Assembly (NCBI GenBank): GCA_024704765.1
Contig: JAKMXF010000344.1
Location: 139,276 to 203,275 of the forward strand
Reading direction: 5' to 3'
DNA length: 64,000 nt
Source: Oopsacas minuta
Taxonomy: Eukaryota; Animalia; Porifera
How positions within the stretch are numbered: position 1 is the first letter of the stretch; each line of letters starts with the position of its first letter. The notes under the pieces were generated by a model, which was given only the letters and a program-made list of their open reading frames with translations, was not told the origin of the DNA and did no database searches. This document shows positions 14,209 through 27,315 of the stretch, one piece after another. The position numbers were made by a program, and so were the translations under genes.

Positions 14209-15829
14209 GTCGATACTATTATGCTTAGCCCAACCCTAGGTCCTTCTCGGGGATAAGCTTCATATTACTCAATGTGTCTACCCATAGCATTCTATATACT
14301 AGGGCAATTATGGTCCATTGTACTTTGGGACCAGGGACAGCGATATTTAGTAATGAATTATTTCCTATATTATCACAATTTTACTGGCTGTTGAATTTCA
14401 AACCATATTATAATTCGGTTAAACAAGGGGTTATTAGACTTTGAACAAATTTTGTACCATTTTCTTGTATAATTTTTCTACCAAGGGCTCTGCAAAAATT
14501 ATTTTATAATTTATTTTAAATCAAATGATGATTTTAGATTGATTTTTCGCAGAAATTAGTTGATTTGATCATTGATCTTATCTATCACACTTCTTAAATG
14601 ATTTGATTTAATTTTATTTCAAAACCACTTATCTGCTCATTTTGTATATTCTTTAAACTAGTTTCGTACCAGTTTGAAGAATCTCTGCTCACTCTGATCC
14701 GATAAACGGATAAAGTTTATTTATTTGTATTCAAATACCGTTAATCCGTTATGTAGGTATTTGAATTCATTTTGGCATTTATTATTTCACTCGATGATTA
14801 TCCTTATTCCATTTGGTCGAATTATGGTCATTATTTTACTCTTGAGTCTGTGGCCTACAATAGGTATATTTCCTCTATGGGAAGTTGACTATTTGTTCAC
14901 TGATATTATTTTTCAAATGTTCATTTAATGCATGTAACAATACTAAGATCTGCAGGATATCCGCTCCATCCTAGTTGACCAAATGGGAATATGTACCAAA
15001 GTACTCTTATGTATCCTGTGTACTACTCATGAGGATGTTTTGTATGTGTATTTTGAGCCTTAAAAGTTATTTCTTATTTGAGCAATTATACGTCTACAGT
15101 AACCAGGCATAATTATCTGAACACAACTGAATATACCGATATATATCTTGTGGCTATACAGTGAATATTTAATATGCATACCATAATACACGTGAAAGAA
15201 CCATTGACAGTGTTACTTAATATTATCCTCACCAAACCCTGAAAATTGGTATAATTACGTATTTCTATCCACACTCTGATCATTGAATAGATATAAGCTA
15301 ATTGAATATTTAATTCCAATTGCACAAAATTCAAAGAGATGGAACCTTTCAAATACCATATTTGAATTCTACGGGTCAATTTTACCCTAGTATTAATATT
15401 TTGAAAGGTGTACAGCTAATCATATTGACTGATGTTCCTTGTACAGATGATGTTTAGATGAATGTCAAGATGTTTTGATATTGATTAAAAGAAATACCTA
15501 CGCTCAATGCGCTGCGCAAGTACAATATCAAAGGCCACCAAGACCTGAGTGGTACGTCGTGTTTTATCGCTATTGATGGCTGTTCTTATAAAACACATCG
15601 TAGCGTTTTAATGTAGGCGTAATGGCGATCCTGAAGCATTTAGTAATATGAAGAGGCACTTTCTGACACAAAGTATATAAAGTGCGGTGGAAGATTTTCA
15701 AATTGGCTTAGGTTACAAAATATAATACACCCCACACTTAAATAATACTTTATGCATGAAATCCATTCCGAATCAAGGATGTCGAGAAAGTGGATCCAAG
15801 TAAACTTGATGACAATTTTTGATATCTCC

Positions 15830-16660
15830 AGAATTTCCACTTTCCATTGTAGATTAACTAGAATTGGTAACATTTTGCCACACTTAGAGTCCCATATATA
15901 CTGTCTCAGGCAAGTGAAACTTAGAATTCTATTCTCCAGGGAAAATACATACAAAGCAACAAAGACATAAATGATAACCTCGCGGAAAGTAATACATATC
16001 ACTGAGTTGGTTTGATTGTTTTAGTAGGAGAATTAATAGCATGTTTGGGATCAGTATTAATTATGTGGATCCTCAAGGTGTGTTACAACTTTTCTCATTG
16101 CTATTAATCTATTTAATGGCTTATACACCGCAAAAATAGGTTACTAAATTCATATTAGAGTTGATTTATGAGTAGAATATTACACAGAATATTATTATAA
16201 TTTCTAATGACTCTGCTTCGAATATCGTCAAGGCATTCGCTAGCAACTTTGAGGATTCATTTCTTGATGAGGTTTATAATGATTTGGAAATTCAAAGTAA
16301 AATTCTGAGATTGAACAAATTGAGCCTGACCTCCTGAATAATGTAGTTAACTGTTGTTGATGGTTGCTTAAGTGAATATCTTTTGACATCATCTGAGGCG
16401 CGCATCCCTATTACAATTATGGAATCCTTGCTTTTGCCAGATTCCCCTATAGGCAGTGAAAGAATTAGGCAACCTCATTAAGTACAAATAGTACTGTAAA
16501 TCAGATAATTTCCAAGACAAGGAGACTTGTTAACTCAGCCAAGAAGTCAGCTAGAGTTTGTCAGTTACTTCTCTAGGCCAAAACAAGTCTATCAGCTATG
16601 AATGATACAAGGTGGAACTGTATATATCTGATGTTACAATCAATAATTAAAGAATAAGAT
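15830..16660 (+). mobile_element. highly degenerate hAT (Ac/Tol2-like) transposase remnant
   Basis: Manual translation finds motifs in the expected order: PLSIVD (15837), NDSASNIVKAF (16206), NDTRWNCIYLMLQS (16601). Many stops. Confidence 0.65.
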
Positions 16661-17374
16661 GATGGGAGTCTAGATGAAATTGACCAGGCTTGTGCAAAGA
16701 CCTGAAGAATGACACCTGAATTAAAAAGATCAAATGATACGAGCAATGGAAGTACATTGCGCTTATATCGCGCATGGAATATAAACAATTCGTGACTGGA
16801 CAATTTGTTACAGATGCATTATAATCAATTTCTTATCAACTGTGATGAGCGTTTATTCATTTAACTAATCTCCTACTTATCATATTGTAAAAACCATAAA
16901 TTTTGAATCGATATTGTATTCATATTATAAAGTATTATCTAATAAATTTGTGTAAGACGTGAATAAATACTGATTGAATGATAATAATAATAAGTATATT
17001 CTGCTCTGTTTTTGAAACTTTGGAAATGTTACAATTTTGAATGGACAAATGAATCTACTTTTGAATGAACAATCGACACACTTCCATGCGATACAAATAA
17101 ACAATGTAAATTCAGTACATTCAAGATATTCCAAATTTAGCATATTTGTGCTCCATGCTCGATCGCTTGCACCATTCCTATTACCACCGCTGAACGATGA
17201 GAGGTTGGGAAATTTAGGTACATTGTCTATTAGCAGGGAAATGACTTCCTAATTAGATATGGAAGACGTCGTTAAACAATTCTTTCAGTTATCTAATCGT
17301 AGAATTGTACTATAGTATAGCTCTGTGGCAGATACATTTAAATCAATGTGTGCCCTCCTGAAATTTCTCTAAGC

Positions 17375-17415
17375 CTCCAGAGCCCCCCTGACAATAAGTC
17401 CTGGCGCCGCTACTG
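17375..17415. mobile_element. orphan hAT-like terminus
   Basis: agagcccccctgacaataagtcctggcgccgctactg resembles the 38450-38486 end of the hAT element (gagccccccaaatttgtcctggcgccgcgccctg). No partner end found. Confidence 0.45.
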
Positions 17416-17479
17416 CCTGACAGCTCCTCTTGGTCTTCAACTTATATCGCCACGCCTGCAAAGGAGTACTAAACTATAG

Positions 17480-19010
17480 ACATAGACAATTTGACAGAAA
17501 CAGAGACAAAACGTACTTTGACTTGCAGCCATAATTTTTAGCTGTGTTTGAGAATGACGCGGTTTCCATAGAAGGTTGCTCCTGCGAGCACTCGCTACTA
17601 TCTCCGTAAGACTGAACAGCAGCTCCACCTAGACGTCGACGTTGGCGCCAAGATGTACACCTTCGGCAGAGGTGCAATAATCGGTAGCTTGGCTTCGTTC
17701 CGCGCCCAAAATTTGCCGACGTAGGTGTCCATCTTCATGAAAAACCTCATCAATTCGGACACGAAACTGTCGTACGCTCCCGTCTAGGCCGTTGACGCTT
17801 TTCTTGAGGGGAGGCAGAGTGCCGGCACCGGATGTGCTACATGAACCCGATTCCTGAGTTAAGGAGCTCCCTGTACTCAGCGTTATCCTTGAAGAAGTAG
17901 CACTGCCTTGGATCAAGAAGGGCCACGATCTTGTAGAACGGGTCAAGTCAAGGATCACTAAACCTCGCAGCGACGACATTACTGAATGTCCTGCATAAAT
18001 CAGAGCAGTCAACTGCAAGTTTTTTGGCGAGAATTTCGAGACCGCAGGTCAACAACCCTGAAGTCGACGATCCCTTCTCTTGCAAATTCCCATTAATTAC
18101 AACAATAAATGAGATCATCGTTTATATCGAATTCCACCCGCTCGTTCAGCGCCATGATGTTGGATAGTCCGTGTGTTACATCTCTTCGCTCAGGGAGGAG
18201 TTTTTTACACAGATACACCATTTCCTTCCTTTGTCAATCAATGACAATATTTTAGAGCTACTGTCCCTTGTAGTGCGATCTTCCTTCCAGATTCCTTTAA
18301 TGGTTGGCACAGTGGTAGTAAAACAGCAACAGACCATTTTCTCTCAAAGCCGCGGGAAGCGCGCCCTCACCCGCTGCCAGCAATTTCTTGGACACTTCCG
18401 CAAAGTCGCACTCGGTTGGTAGGAGAGCCACCAAATATTCGTCATTGCCATCTGGACAACTCCATCCCTACCACGTCCTACTTGTTTTTAGCTCAGTGTG
18501 CTTGCAATATTCATCAGACTAGTCATCAACGCAGTTCAACTCCATTCATTACGACAGGCCTTCAGCATGGTAAAATCGTTGTCCTTCTCTAAACGTACCA
18601 GTTTGCTTCCCAACTTCCACTTTATTATTGTGGATAGCAAGACTTGGGCGTACCTCCAGGCGTTATAGATACCACAAAAGCAGTAGCAGTGCAGCGCTAC
18701 CTCCCTACAGCATCATATGGCATATGATGCCTCTGAAACTCAACCTCCGTCGTGAACCCCACCCGTCCATGGTGAGTGCCACGAACCAAGAACTGATGAT
18801 GAGTTACTTCAGGGGTAATGGAGCCTTGCTTTCGCTTTGCGCTTTGAAGACTTGCTTGATGTTGGGCTGGTTCAGCAACACTTTGGCCGTAAATTCCACG
18901 TAGACCCTGCTGCAGTCTGACGGGTTCTCGGGATACAGATGACGGAAGAGATTCCCTTTCATCCTTGACGTCACCGATTGCAGCTTCTGTCACACGTTGC
19001 ACTTCACTAT
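17480..19010 (-). mobile_element. GC-rich degenerate hAT (Ac-like) transposase with BED finger
   Basis: Minus-strand frames give VKCNV*QKLQS...GNLFRHL (BED), VALTMDGWGSRRRLSF (first D), EKDNDFTMLKA, YHCANH, VALLDPR, KFWARNEAKLPIIAPLPKVYILAPTS and VELLFSLTEIVASARRSNL (hAT dimerisation domain). Many frameshifts and stops. Confidence 0.85.
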
Positions 19011-19258
19011 CTGTCAATCCCCAGTCTCCACGAGACCAAAATAATTTGGGTCCACTCGACATACTCAGTAAAAGGCAACTACTTAGCAATACATGAAAAA
19101 TGGTGGCAAATAACAAATGATAAATATCAAAAGATGAAACTGACACAGCATCAATGAACATTCAAGTGATATATCTCATATCATATACGGCTATATACAT
19201 CAAAAGGAGATATGTGATATGATGAGGATTGATTTATATCGTTCTGAAATAATATATA

Positions 19259-20563
19259 CAGGGTAGCCAATAAGTTCTGACCCAAATTAAATACCTGCCA
19301 TAATGTAAGATATGTAAGTATTCGCTATTTCTAATGAATTATATCTTGGGTAGACAATTTATCCACCATCATCTAACACCTTGATTGCATATTAGCCCAC
19401 ACGAGAGTTTTCTCATAACGAATCAGGAAATAGCAGCAATAATTGAACTATTTTCTAATGGAAAACGTCCAGGAGAAATTTTGAAACTGCTCCATATCCC
19501 TAAATCGAGAAGGAAAATTATTGACCACACTATCCAACGTTACAATAAGACTGGGGGCATAAAAAATATGCCAAGAAGCGGTCGACCAAAGACGGTAACA
19601 ACTCCAGGGCTGAAAAAAGTTGTGATCTATAGAATACGGCGAAATCCTCGACGATCTCTCCGGAAATGACCTCTGAGCTCAAAGTTTCACATGGATCGAT
19701 GCAAAACCTTGTACAAACGACATGCCCCTCAAATCTCTTAAAAGAAGAACAGTTCACTTCCTTTCTCAGAAAATTGTGAAAAAGAGACTTGCCAGAAGTA
19801 AGGGCATGCTGACACGGCTCACAACTCACCTCTTGGAAAATATCATATTTTCTGACGAGAAATTAATCACCATAGAAAATGCGACTAATAAGCAGAATGA
19901 TCGAATATTAGCCCATACGTCTTCGAGCATCACAGAAAAGCATCTGTATGTCAAGCGGACTCAAAAACCTCAGTCGGTGATGTTTTGTGCCGGAATCTCA
20001 GCTAAAGGCCGTACTCCATTGGTTTTTCTCCCAGTAGGGGTAAAAGTAAATCCGTCAACATATCAAAAGTTGATCTGGAGCCTGTGGTGAAAGATTTGAG
20101 CAAAACGATGTTTAACAAAGAGCCATTTCTATTCCAGCAAGACAGCACACCGACTCACACATCAAACATCTCCCAAAATTGGTTGCGAGAAAACATTCTG
20201 GATTTCATTACCAAGGAGGAATGGTCTCCATCAAGCCTAGATTTGAACCCAATGGACTTCTCAATCTGGTCCATATTGGCGAAAAATGTCTGTGCAAAGT
20301 CACATTCAAGTATGGAAGCTCTGAATATGTCTTTGCATCGTGAGTGGGAAAAAATCCACAGGATAACCTACGATCCGCCGTTGAGGCGTTCCCCCAACGT
20401 TTGAAGAGGGTAGTCGAAAAGAATGGCGGTTAGATCCAGTAGCTACTATCGAATGTATTGATATAGTTATTCAATAGAAATGGAATAAATCTCAGTGAAT
20501 ATAGTTTGATATTTTTGGAATTGTGAATTTTTATCAATGGGTCAGAAATTCTTGGCCACCCTG
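19259..20563 (+). mobile_element. maT/Bmmar1-like (DD37D) transposon, frameshifted
   Basis: TA-flanked; 26-bp TIRs with 3 mismatches (cagggtagccaataagttctgaccca). FSDEKL...NKQNDRI and FQQDST...DLNPMD with 37-residue spacing. Confidence 0.93.
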
Positions 20564-23049
20564 TATATATAATCTATCATTTATCATATGGCATGAATAT
20601 TCAAAGCCCTGTTTGTGGGAGTAGAGAACGTTATTTTTTATTCATAACACAACTTGGTTGGATCTTTGTATATGTGAATACAAATTGGACGATCTTCACA
20701 TTGTATACGAATTCAACTAATCTCCAAAAATGTTGCTAAACTCACTGTTAAACCTTTGGATCATAATACTACAATCAATTTAGAGATGCCATTAACAAAA
20801 TACCCAAATCTCTTTTCTACAAATTAACACCAGAAATTTCGAATGATCAATTCCTAACTTGATAAATTATCAGATCTTTGGAATTAATTTAGTCATTTAT
20901 AAAAGGAAGCTACTTTGATGAATAATCTTATTGATTTTTATCCTAATATTTTATGTATTGTCAATTTAGCTATTAAATGCTTTGTTACATTTTTCTATTG
21001 GCAATAATTTTCTTCTTAACTTAGAATTTATATATTTATTATTTTTTATTGATTTAAGATAATACATAAAGAAATTTGATGATTTATTTTTACCAGTTAC
21101 AAAGTCAATGATTTGATTTTGACTGATCAGATCCGGGACAGTCAAAGTAATATTTCAACAACCGTTACCCTTGGCTAATCCATGTGCCCCCTTTCGATCC
21201 CTCTTTATGAGTTTTCCAGCACCCGCCTAAGCAGAAGATGCAAATTTTGCTTAGCGAAAACTATCCAGGATAATGCTACAAATGTATAATGGTTTGGTTG
21301 TAATAACCCATGATATTGTTTGGCTCCAAACTTATTGAGCACCCCTCTATCAAAAATGTATGACGAATTGAAGTCATCAGATTGCATACTAGAAAATTTC
21401 CCGTCAAAAATGGCCCTTTGCAAGCGCTGTAGAGCAAATTATTGAATATACGATTACAATTTTATTACAATGGGATTTCAGGATGCTTATATTCATGATA
21501 TCAAACTTTAGTGATGATAAAGTTCTAGGGATTCAACAGTCACTCCTGATGGCATATCTTCTAAATATTCACTAATAACTTGATAACCATCTACGTTATA
21601 GCCAAACAATCATACATACAGATAGTATATACCCATCTTCCCATAGCCTGATAATACTTGTTGATATTATATCTCCCAAGAATTTAGTGCAGTCATTAAC
21701 AAGTCAACATATGTGAATTTTCTATATTGAGTCATAATCATTAGAGATATCATTTTATAATGTAATATCAGGGTGTGAGAATGTTGGTTATTTATAGTGT
21801 ATAATTGTGTATGTAAGATGATTTTACCATGACTTTAAAGGTGGTCTAGGAATTGGCGAATATTGGCTAATGTTTCTCCATGGTCACTACTATAACTCTA
21901 GTAGGTTTGAAATTTATGTTTACAAAATTTGATATATTTATGGAAACATCCTGGCATCCCATTGCAAAAATTTCCTATTCATATCTACGATAATTGACAC
22001 TTCACTGAGCTTTTAATTGGGGCATTTTTGCCCCAATTGGAAGCTCTGTGACGTGTTAATTTTGTGAGGCCATTTCGTCCTAAAATATTTGTAGATATGC
22101 GTTCTGTATATAGTTTAATATCGCTAATACATTTGGTCATGCAAAGGTGTAACATTCTGATACTATCGGAAATGATTCCTTGTTATATAACCCTCTCTCT
22201 GGTCAAAGTTTTTTATGGACTATCATTGCCTTAGTATATAGAATGCTATGGTCAAATATTTACTTTCCAACACATAAACAAATATTCATTCAAATTTTGG
22301 ATTCTGATTTACTTACATTAATCTCATATCGTTATTCGTACCCTGTTTCTATCTTCGCAAATACAATTTTGTATCTTATTTTATTTTTGTTCCTCTTCTT
22401 TTACACTGTGTTGAATCATGATGCAATATTTGAAAGTTTGACCCCTCTATTTATCAAATGGGATGCCTGTATTCAATTGCACACTGTCTAACATCTATAA
22501 CTATGCTATTATTAGTTTTTGGTGAAAATATAAATACTTTAAGCCAAAATGTCTGAATTCAGTACTTGATAAATTTACTGTACTTATATCCTGAATAAGA
22601 GAGGAATCGTAAAATGAGAAACTAACACAGTATTTCATAACACTCTAACATAACAATAATGAACAATCTCTACAATAGTGTATTTGTCAGGTCAATTATT
22701 GGGGGTAACTCCCGCACAGCTGGGAACCAGTGGGCTGAAGCATTGTTTCATAAGTAAAAATTTTCCATTGTTTTCTCCAAGTATTTAGCTCATGATATTC
22801 AGCTCGATTAGTTAATCTATGCTGTAATTATGATTATTGCCGTGAACTTTCTATTACGGTATAAGTGATTTTCGTATCCTTCGGCTGTATATATATATAT
22901 TGTCTAAGTTTTATACCACGTGCATAACGATATATCTCTAGTGAATAAGATTATAATCCATATTATTCGTCATATTACTACAATATACTTGAGGCATTCA
23001 ATATGTTCCAAACCCATTACTAAAATAATGATAAGATCATATTTATATA

Positions 23050-23765
23050 TATATGATTTCATGGTATGCTTCAAATATTCGCTCTTCTGCGGGTATGTCT
23101 TTAAGCGTCTTATGAAGCTCATGTCCGAGCGCAAGTCTTGTGTCCAAAACCTTACGTGCCAAGTACTTTTTGACCAAACTGAAAAGCAAAAATCACATGG
23201 TGATAGATCAGGACTATATGGAAGATGGGAGAACTCAGCCATTCCCATTTCAAAAACTATTTCACCGAAAATCTGTATGTGAGTTAGGGCATATCGTGCA
23301 CTATTCGGATCGCTTTGGACCCACGACTTGGTTTCTTCGAATAGTAATGATTCTCTACCTGCGTGAAACATTCCTCTACGTAAATTGTCAGGTCATTGTA
23401 CGCTTCTTTAGAACACAAACGGAAACTACTATCCGATGAAGCGTCAAAGAATATACAGTATAGAAAATGTCATTAACACTGCCATTTGAGATATCGAGAT
23501 ATTGAGCAACCTCAGGGATGGTTGAGTGGGGATCGCTTTCTACAATATTCTTGACCATATCGATGGTATATGGCGTGATAACGGAAATAGGGCGTCCGAA
23601 CTTTGCCTCATCTTCCAAGCTCTCCGAACCGTCCCTTAACCTCTTGGCCCATTCTTTCACACATAAGTACTAAAGACCATCATCCGAATATGATTTCAAC
23701 TTCTGTTCATGCATATACATCAGTGTTTCACCAAGCCTTGTACAGAACTTTATTACCGCCCTCTG
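23050..23765 (-). mobile_element. internally deleted mariner remnant
   Basis: ORF 23388..23660 (EWAKRLRDG...LEDEAKFGRP HTH) and ORF 22970..23371 (HLPYSPDLSPCDF); the TGDE region is absent. Boundaries approximate. Confidence 0.8.
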
Positions 23766-24223
23766 TTCGAATTTGAAATTAAAGTCTGGGAAGCCATATT
23801 ATCAAATAGGCTATATAATGTACTATGCAAGAGTTTGTGATATTGACATAATAATAACCCGAATTGCTAATTTAAACTGTATTTCATAGATAAAGGAGTG
23901 GGTAAACATGTATATACACGAATTAGAAAATGAATACATAATTGTGCAACTATAATATAGGACCTGGAACTTATTGAGAGCCCTAAGTGTAATTTGATGC
24001 AAACAATAATAATCTAGGAGTATCAGGCCCCTTACTTTCTTTTCAATATTAATTCGTTCAGATAATACACTCTGGATAAGGATTAGGAATATTTGCAGTC
24101 CCCTTGTGTACTTATTAACGAGACTCACCTGTATTGCAAATGACTACATGATGCTAAGGTATAATTTGGTTCATTTACAGTATGATACTTAAATAAATTG
24201 TTGTCTACAGATCGAATTAATTG

Positions 24224-26094
24224 ATGGCTGCCAGAAGAATTTACAAGCTGTCACCAAATTCGTTTTTGCCATGTTTGCGGGTACTACATTGGACCTAGGC
24301 AAGTTAAGCCTACTATAACACCCGGTACAAAATTGTGAATTGCTTATTATGCCAATTTTGGCATGTCAATGGGTGATCCTAACAAAATGTGGTCTCCTCA
24401 CTTCTGCTGTGGATCATGTCGTTCGACCTTAGAAGGATAGCTACGTGGAACCCGAAAGTGTATGCCATTTGCAATACCTCGAATTTGGAGAGAACCAGTT
24501 AACCACCATGATGAAATCTACTTTACTTTTGTATAGTAGATATTACAAGATATAAAGGAAAAGATAGAAAACATTGTTTATCCGAACATTCCATCGTCTA
24601 TTGCCACAATGAAGATCTGCCATTTCCGATTTCTCTTTCTTAGAAATAACTGTTGAACCTGAGTACATGTCTTCTAGTGAGGAAGATTATATCAGCTTCG
24701 GCGAAGACTTATCATGGAAACCACACTTTCCTAACCAGTAAGAATTATTAGACTTTTGGTTAGAGAATTAGGTCTGGCAAAATCTTATGCGGAGTATTCG
24801 AGATCTCGTCTCAGATAATGGAGTTTACTTGATCCTAATTGTTTAGATATCTATCTACAGATAACGGCATCTAAAATTTGCATCTTTCTACAAATTTTCG
24901 CTTTGTAATTCTTTGTGTTACTATTCTGATGTGGATGACCTTTTTAACGAGATCGGCGTGGAATACAACCGCTTGAAATTGACTCTATCCAAAGGGTTCC
25001 TGCAAATCATATGGACGAGCTCCACTCGCTGGGGAATTCATTTCCCGAAGTTGTTGATCTCTGGGAAATGAAGAGAAAAGAAAATCTGATGAACGAATAC
25101 ACGTCTAAGCTGAGAGGGAAAAAGATCAGTATCATCAAGAAACAGACATTTTCATCTCCCACTACAAAGACCCCCTTCAGATTGGTGTCTCTTCATTGAT
25201 AGCTCTACAAAAAGTCTAAAGGGTGCTTTGCTTCACAATGGCAATGAATTTCCAACAATTTCCCTAGCTCACTCAGTTCATTTAAAGGAAAATTATGACA
25301 ATGTGAAAGATATGATGGAGATGATCAACTATCAAATACACAAATGTGATGTTTGTGGCGACTTCAAAATGCTAGGATTTCTACTTGGATTACAGACTGG
25401 TTTTATAAAACATTCCTGCTTCCTTTGTTTGTGGAATAGTAGGGAAGATGACCAGCATTACGGGAAAAAGATTGGCCCGTCAGAGAGGAGTTGATTCCAG
25501 GAACACACAACGTAATTCACAATGCTCTTGTTCAACCAGAGAAGGTGTTGTTACCATCACTTCACATGCAGTTAGGGCTTGTGAAACAATTCATCAAATC
25601 CCTGAATCCTGTTAGTGATGCCTTCAAATATCTTGGTACAATGTTTCCAAAACTGTCTGAGGGAAAGTAAGAAATGGAATTTTCGTTAGACCTCAAATTA
25701 GGCGGATGTTAGCGTGTAGCGAGTTAGAAACCAAAATGAATGTTGTTGAAAAGAGAGCTTGGCAACTATTTAGGCTTGTAGTTAGTGGATTTTTAGGTAA
25801 TAGCAAGTCAGAAAATTATGAGGAATTCGTTAATAACTTAATTGCAAGTTATCAACATCAAGGATGTAGAATGTCACTCAAACTACATTATTTACACTCA
25901 CACTTGGGCTTCTTCAGGCCAAATTTGGGAGATGTGAGCGAAGAACAAGGTGAACGTTTCCACCAAGACATGTTGTCATGGAGAAGAGGTATCAGGGAAA
26001 GCTGGACGAACCTATGATGGGAGACTACTTGTGGTGTTTGATACGCAATGCTCCGAGTATACAGAAAAGAAGATCTTTAAGAACACATTTTTGA
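24224..26094 (+). mobile_element. Chapaev3-like (CMC group) transposase pseudogene with a 204-bp internal insert
   Basis: Fragments: SPNSF/CHVCG, PHFCCGSC, FAIPRIWREP, WCLFIDSS, CFLC, LHMQLGLVKQF, KLHYLHSH, SEEQGERFHQD. These match the C(2)C, LH and H(4)H signatures. Termini not established. Confidence 0.8.
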
Positions 26095-27315
26095 CTTATA
26101 CGTACTTATTCCGTTATATAGTATGATATTGATTACAATACAGTAAAATTTCATATAATTAAGGAACGCATTCGTGTTTAGAAGATTCCCGAGCATTTGT
26201 TTAGGGGATGTAATATGGTAAAATATGTATTTTGGATTTATTGAAGAAGTTTCGATTCTGATCTAACCATCGATGGAAATTAACAAATATTGCTACTTTT
26301 GGTATCCACACACCTTGAAGCAGTGGCAAAATACTGAAATTTAGATAAACAAACCTTTCATAAGAATTTGGTGCATTCTGTTATCCAATCCAATAATGTT
26401 CAATTTGTTTGCAATAATTATCAGTTGATGAAGTATATTAATAGAAGGGAAGACTGGGGAACATTTGATCGGTACAAATTCAAGAGTGTTAAATTCGGAA
26501 TCAGCATATTGAATCTCCTCTTTTGCTGATTGGAACAATCTTCTATGATTTTTCAAAGGTTATATAATCGTGCAAATATATGTATTTTAAATTATCCATG
26601 GTTAATTTGAAAAATATAATATTCATAAATATAATAGAAATAATTTAAGTTATCATTAAATTTAGATAATCAATGAATGCATATTAATTACAGCACTAGA
26701 AGTACCTATTGTTTAACTAATAAATATTTGACATCTAAGAACAATAGAATTATTCCTGATGACATAGTGCTATATAATGAATATTTTTTCATTTACTTTC
26801 AGCAAAAAACTATAACCAATATAAAAATTCCAAAAGAGTATAAAGGTGTAGAATCCTTTCGCTTTTGAAAAGATGTAAAATTTTGGCACCTTTCAAAATT
26901 TTTTCCTAAAGGTCCGACAAAAGTTTGACCACTGTGAAATAGTGGCGTATGGTGTTCGATTGATTAGCAAATGGCAGAAGCACACCCGACGAATATCTTC
27001 AGTATTTTCGCACCATATATCACCTAAATTATATCCAGTTTTGGCTGCGGGGGCTTTTAATGTATGTCTACAGCTATCGTTTTTGGACATGTATTGATTA
27101 CCAACGTGGCTAATGCCCGTCAAAACATGCCAAATCATTAATTGTCCCGCTGTTTTGTAGCTTTTCAGATACAAATCTGCTACGTCCCACGATTTCCCGC
27201 TATATTCGTACTTTCAGTCTCTCTTTTTTCTTCACTGGCAGGCATTTTATCTGTAATAATGTGCTGCGTTCTTTGTTCTCATAGATCTGGGTTTCTGCTA
27301 GAATCTCTATATGTA

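Noticed and set aside
18697-19161. 154-aa ORF (and similar 1759..2079, 17629..18018, 49387..49818, 53516..53917) as novel proteins
   Set aside because: Off-frame or antisense shadows of transposase remnants with no independent motifs.
26880-27300. Additional Tc1-like fragment (KTAGQLMIW)
   Set aside because: A single weak motif; no catalytic residues or ends recoverable.
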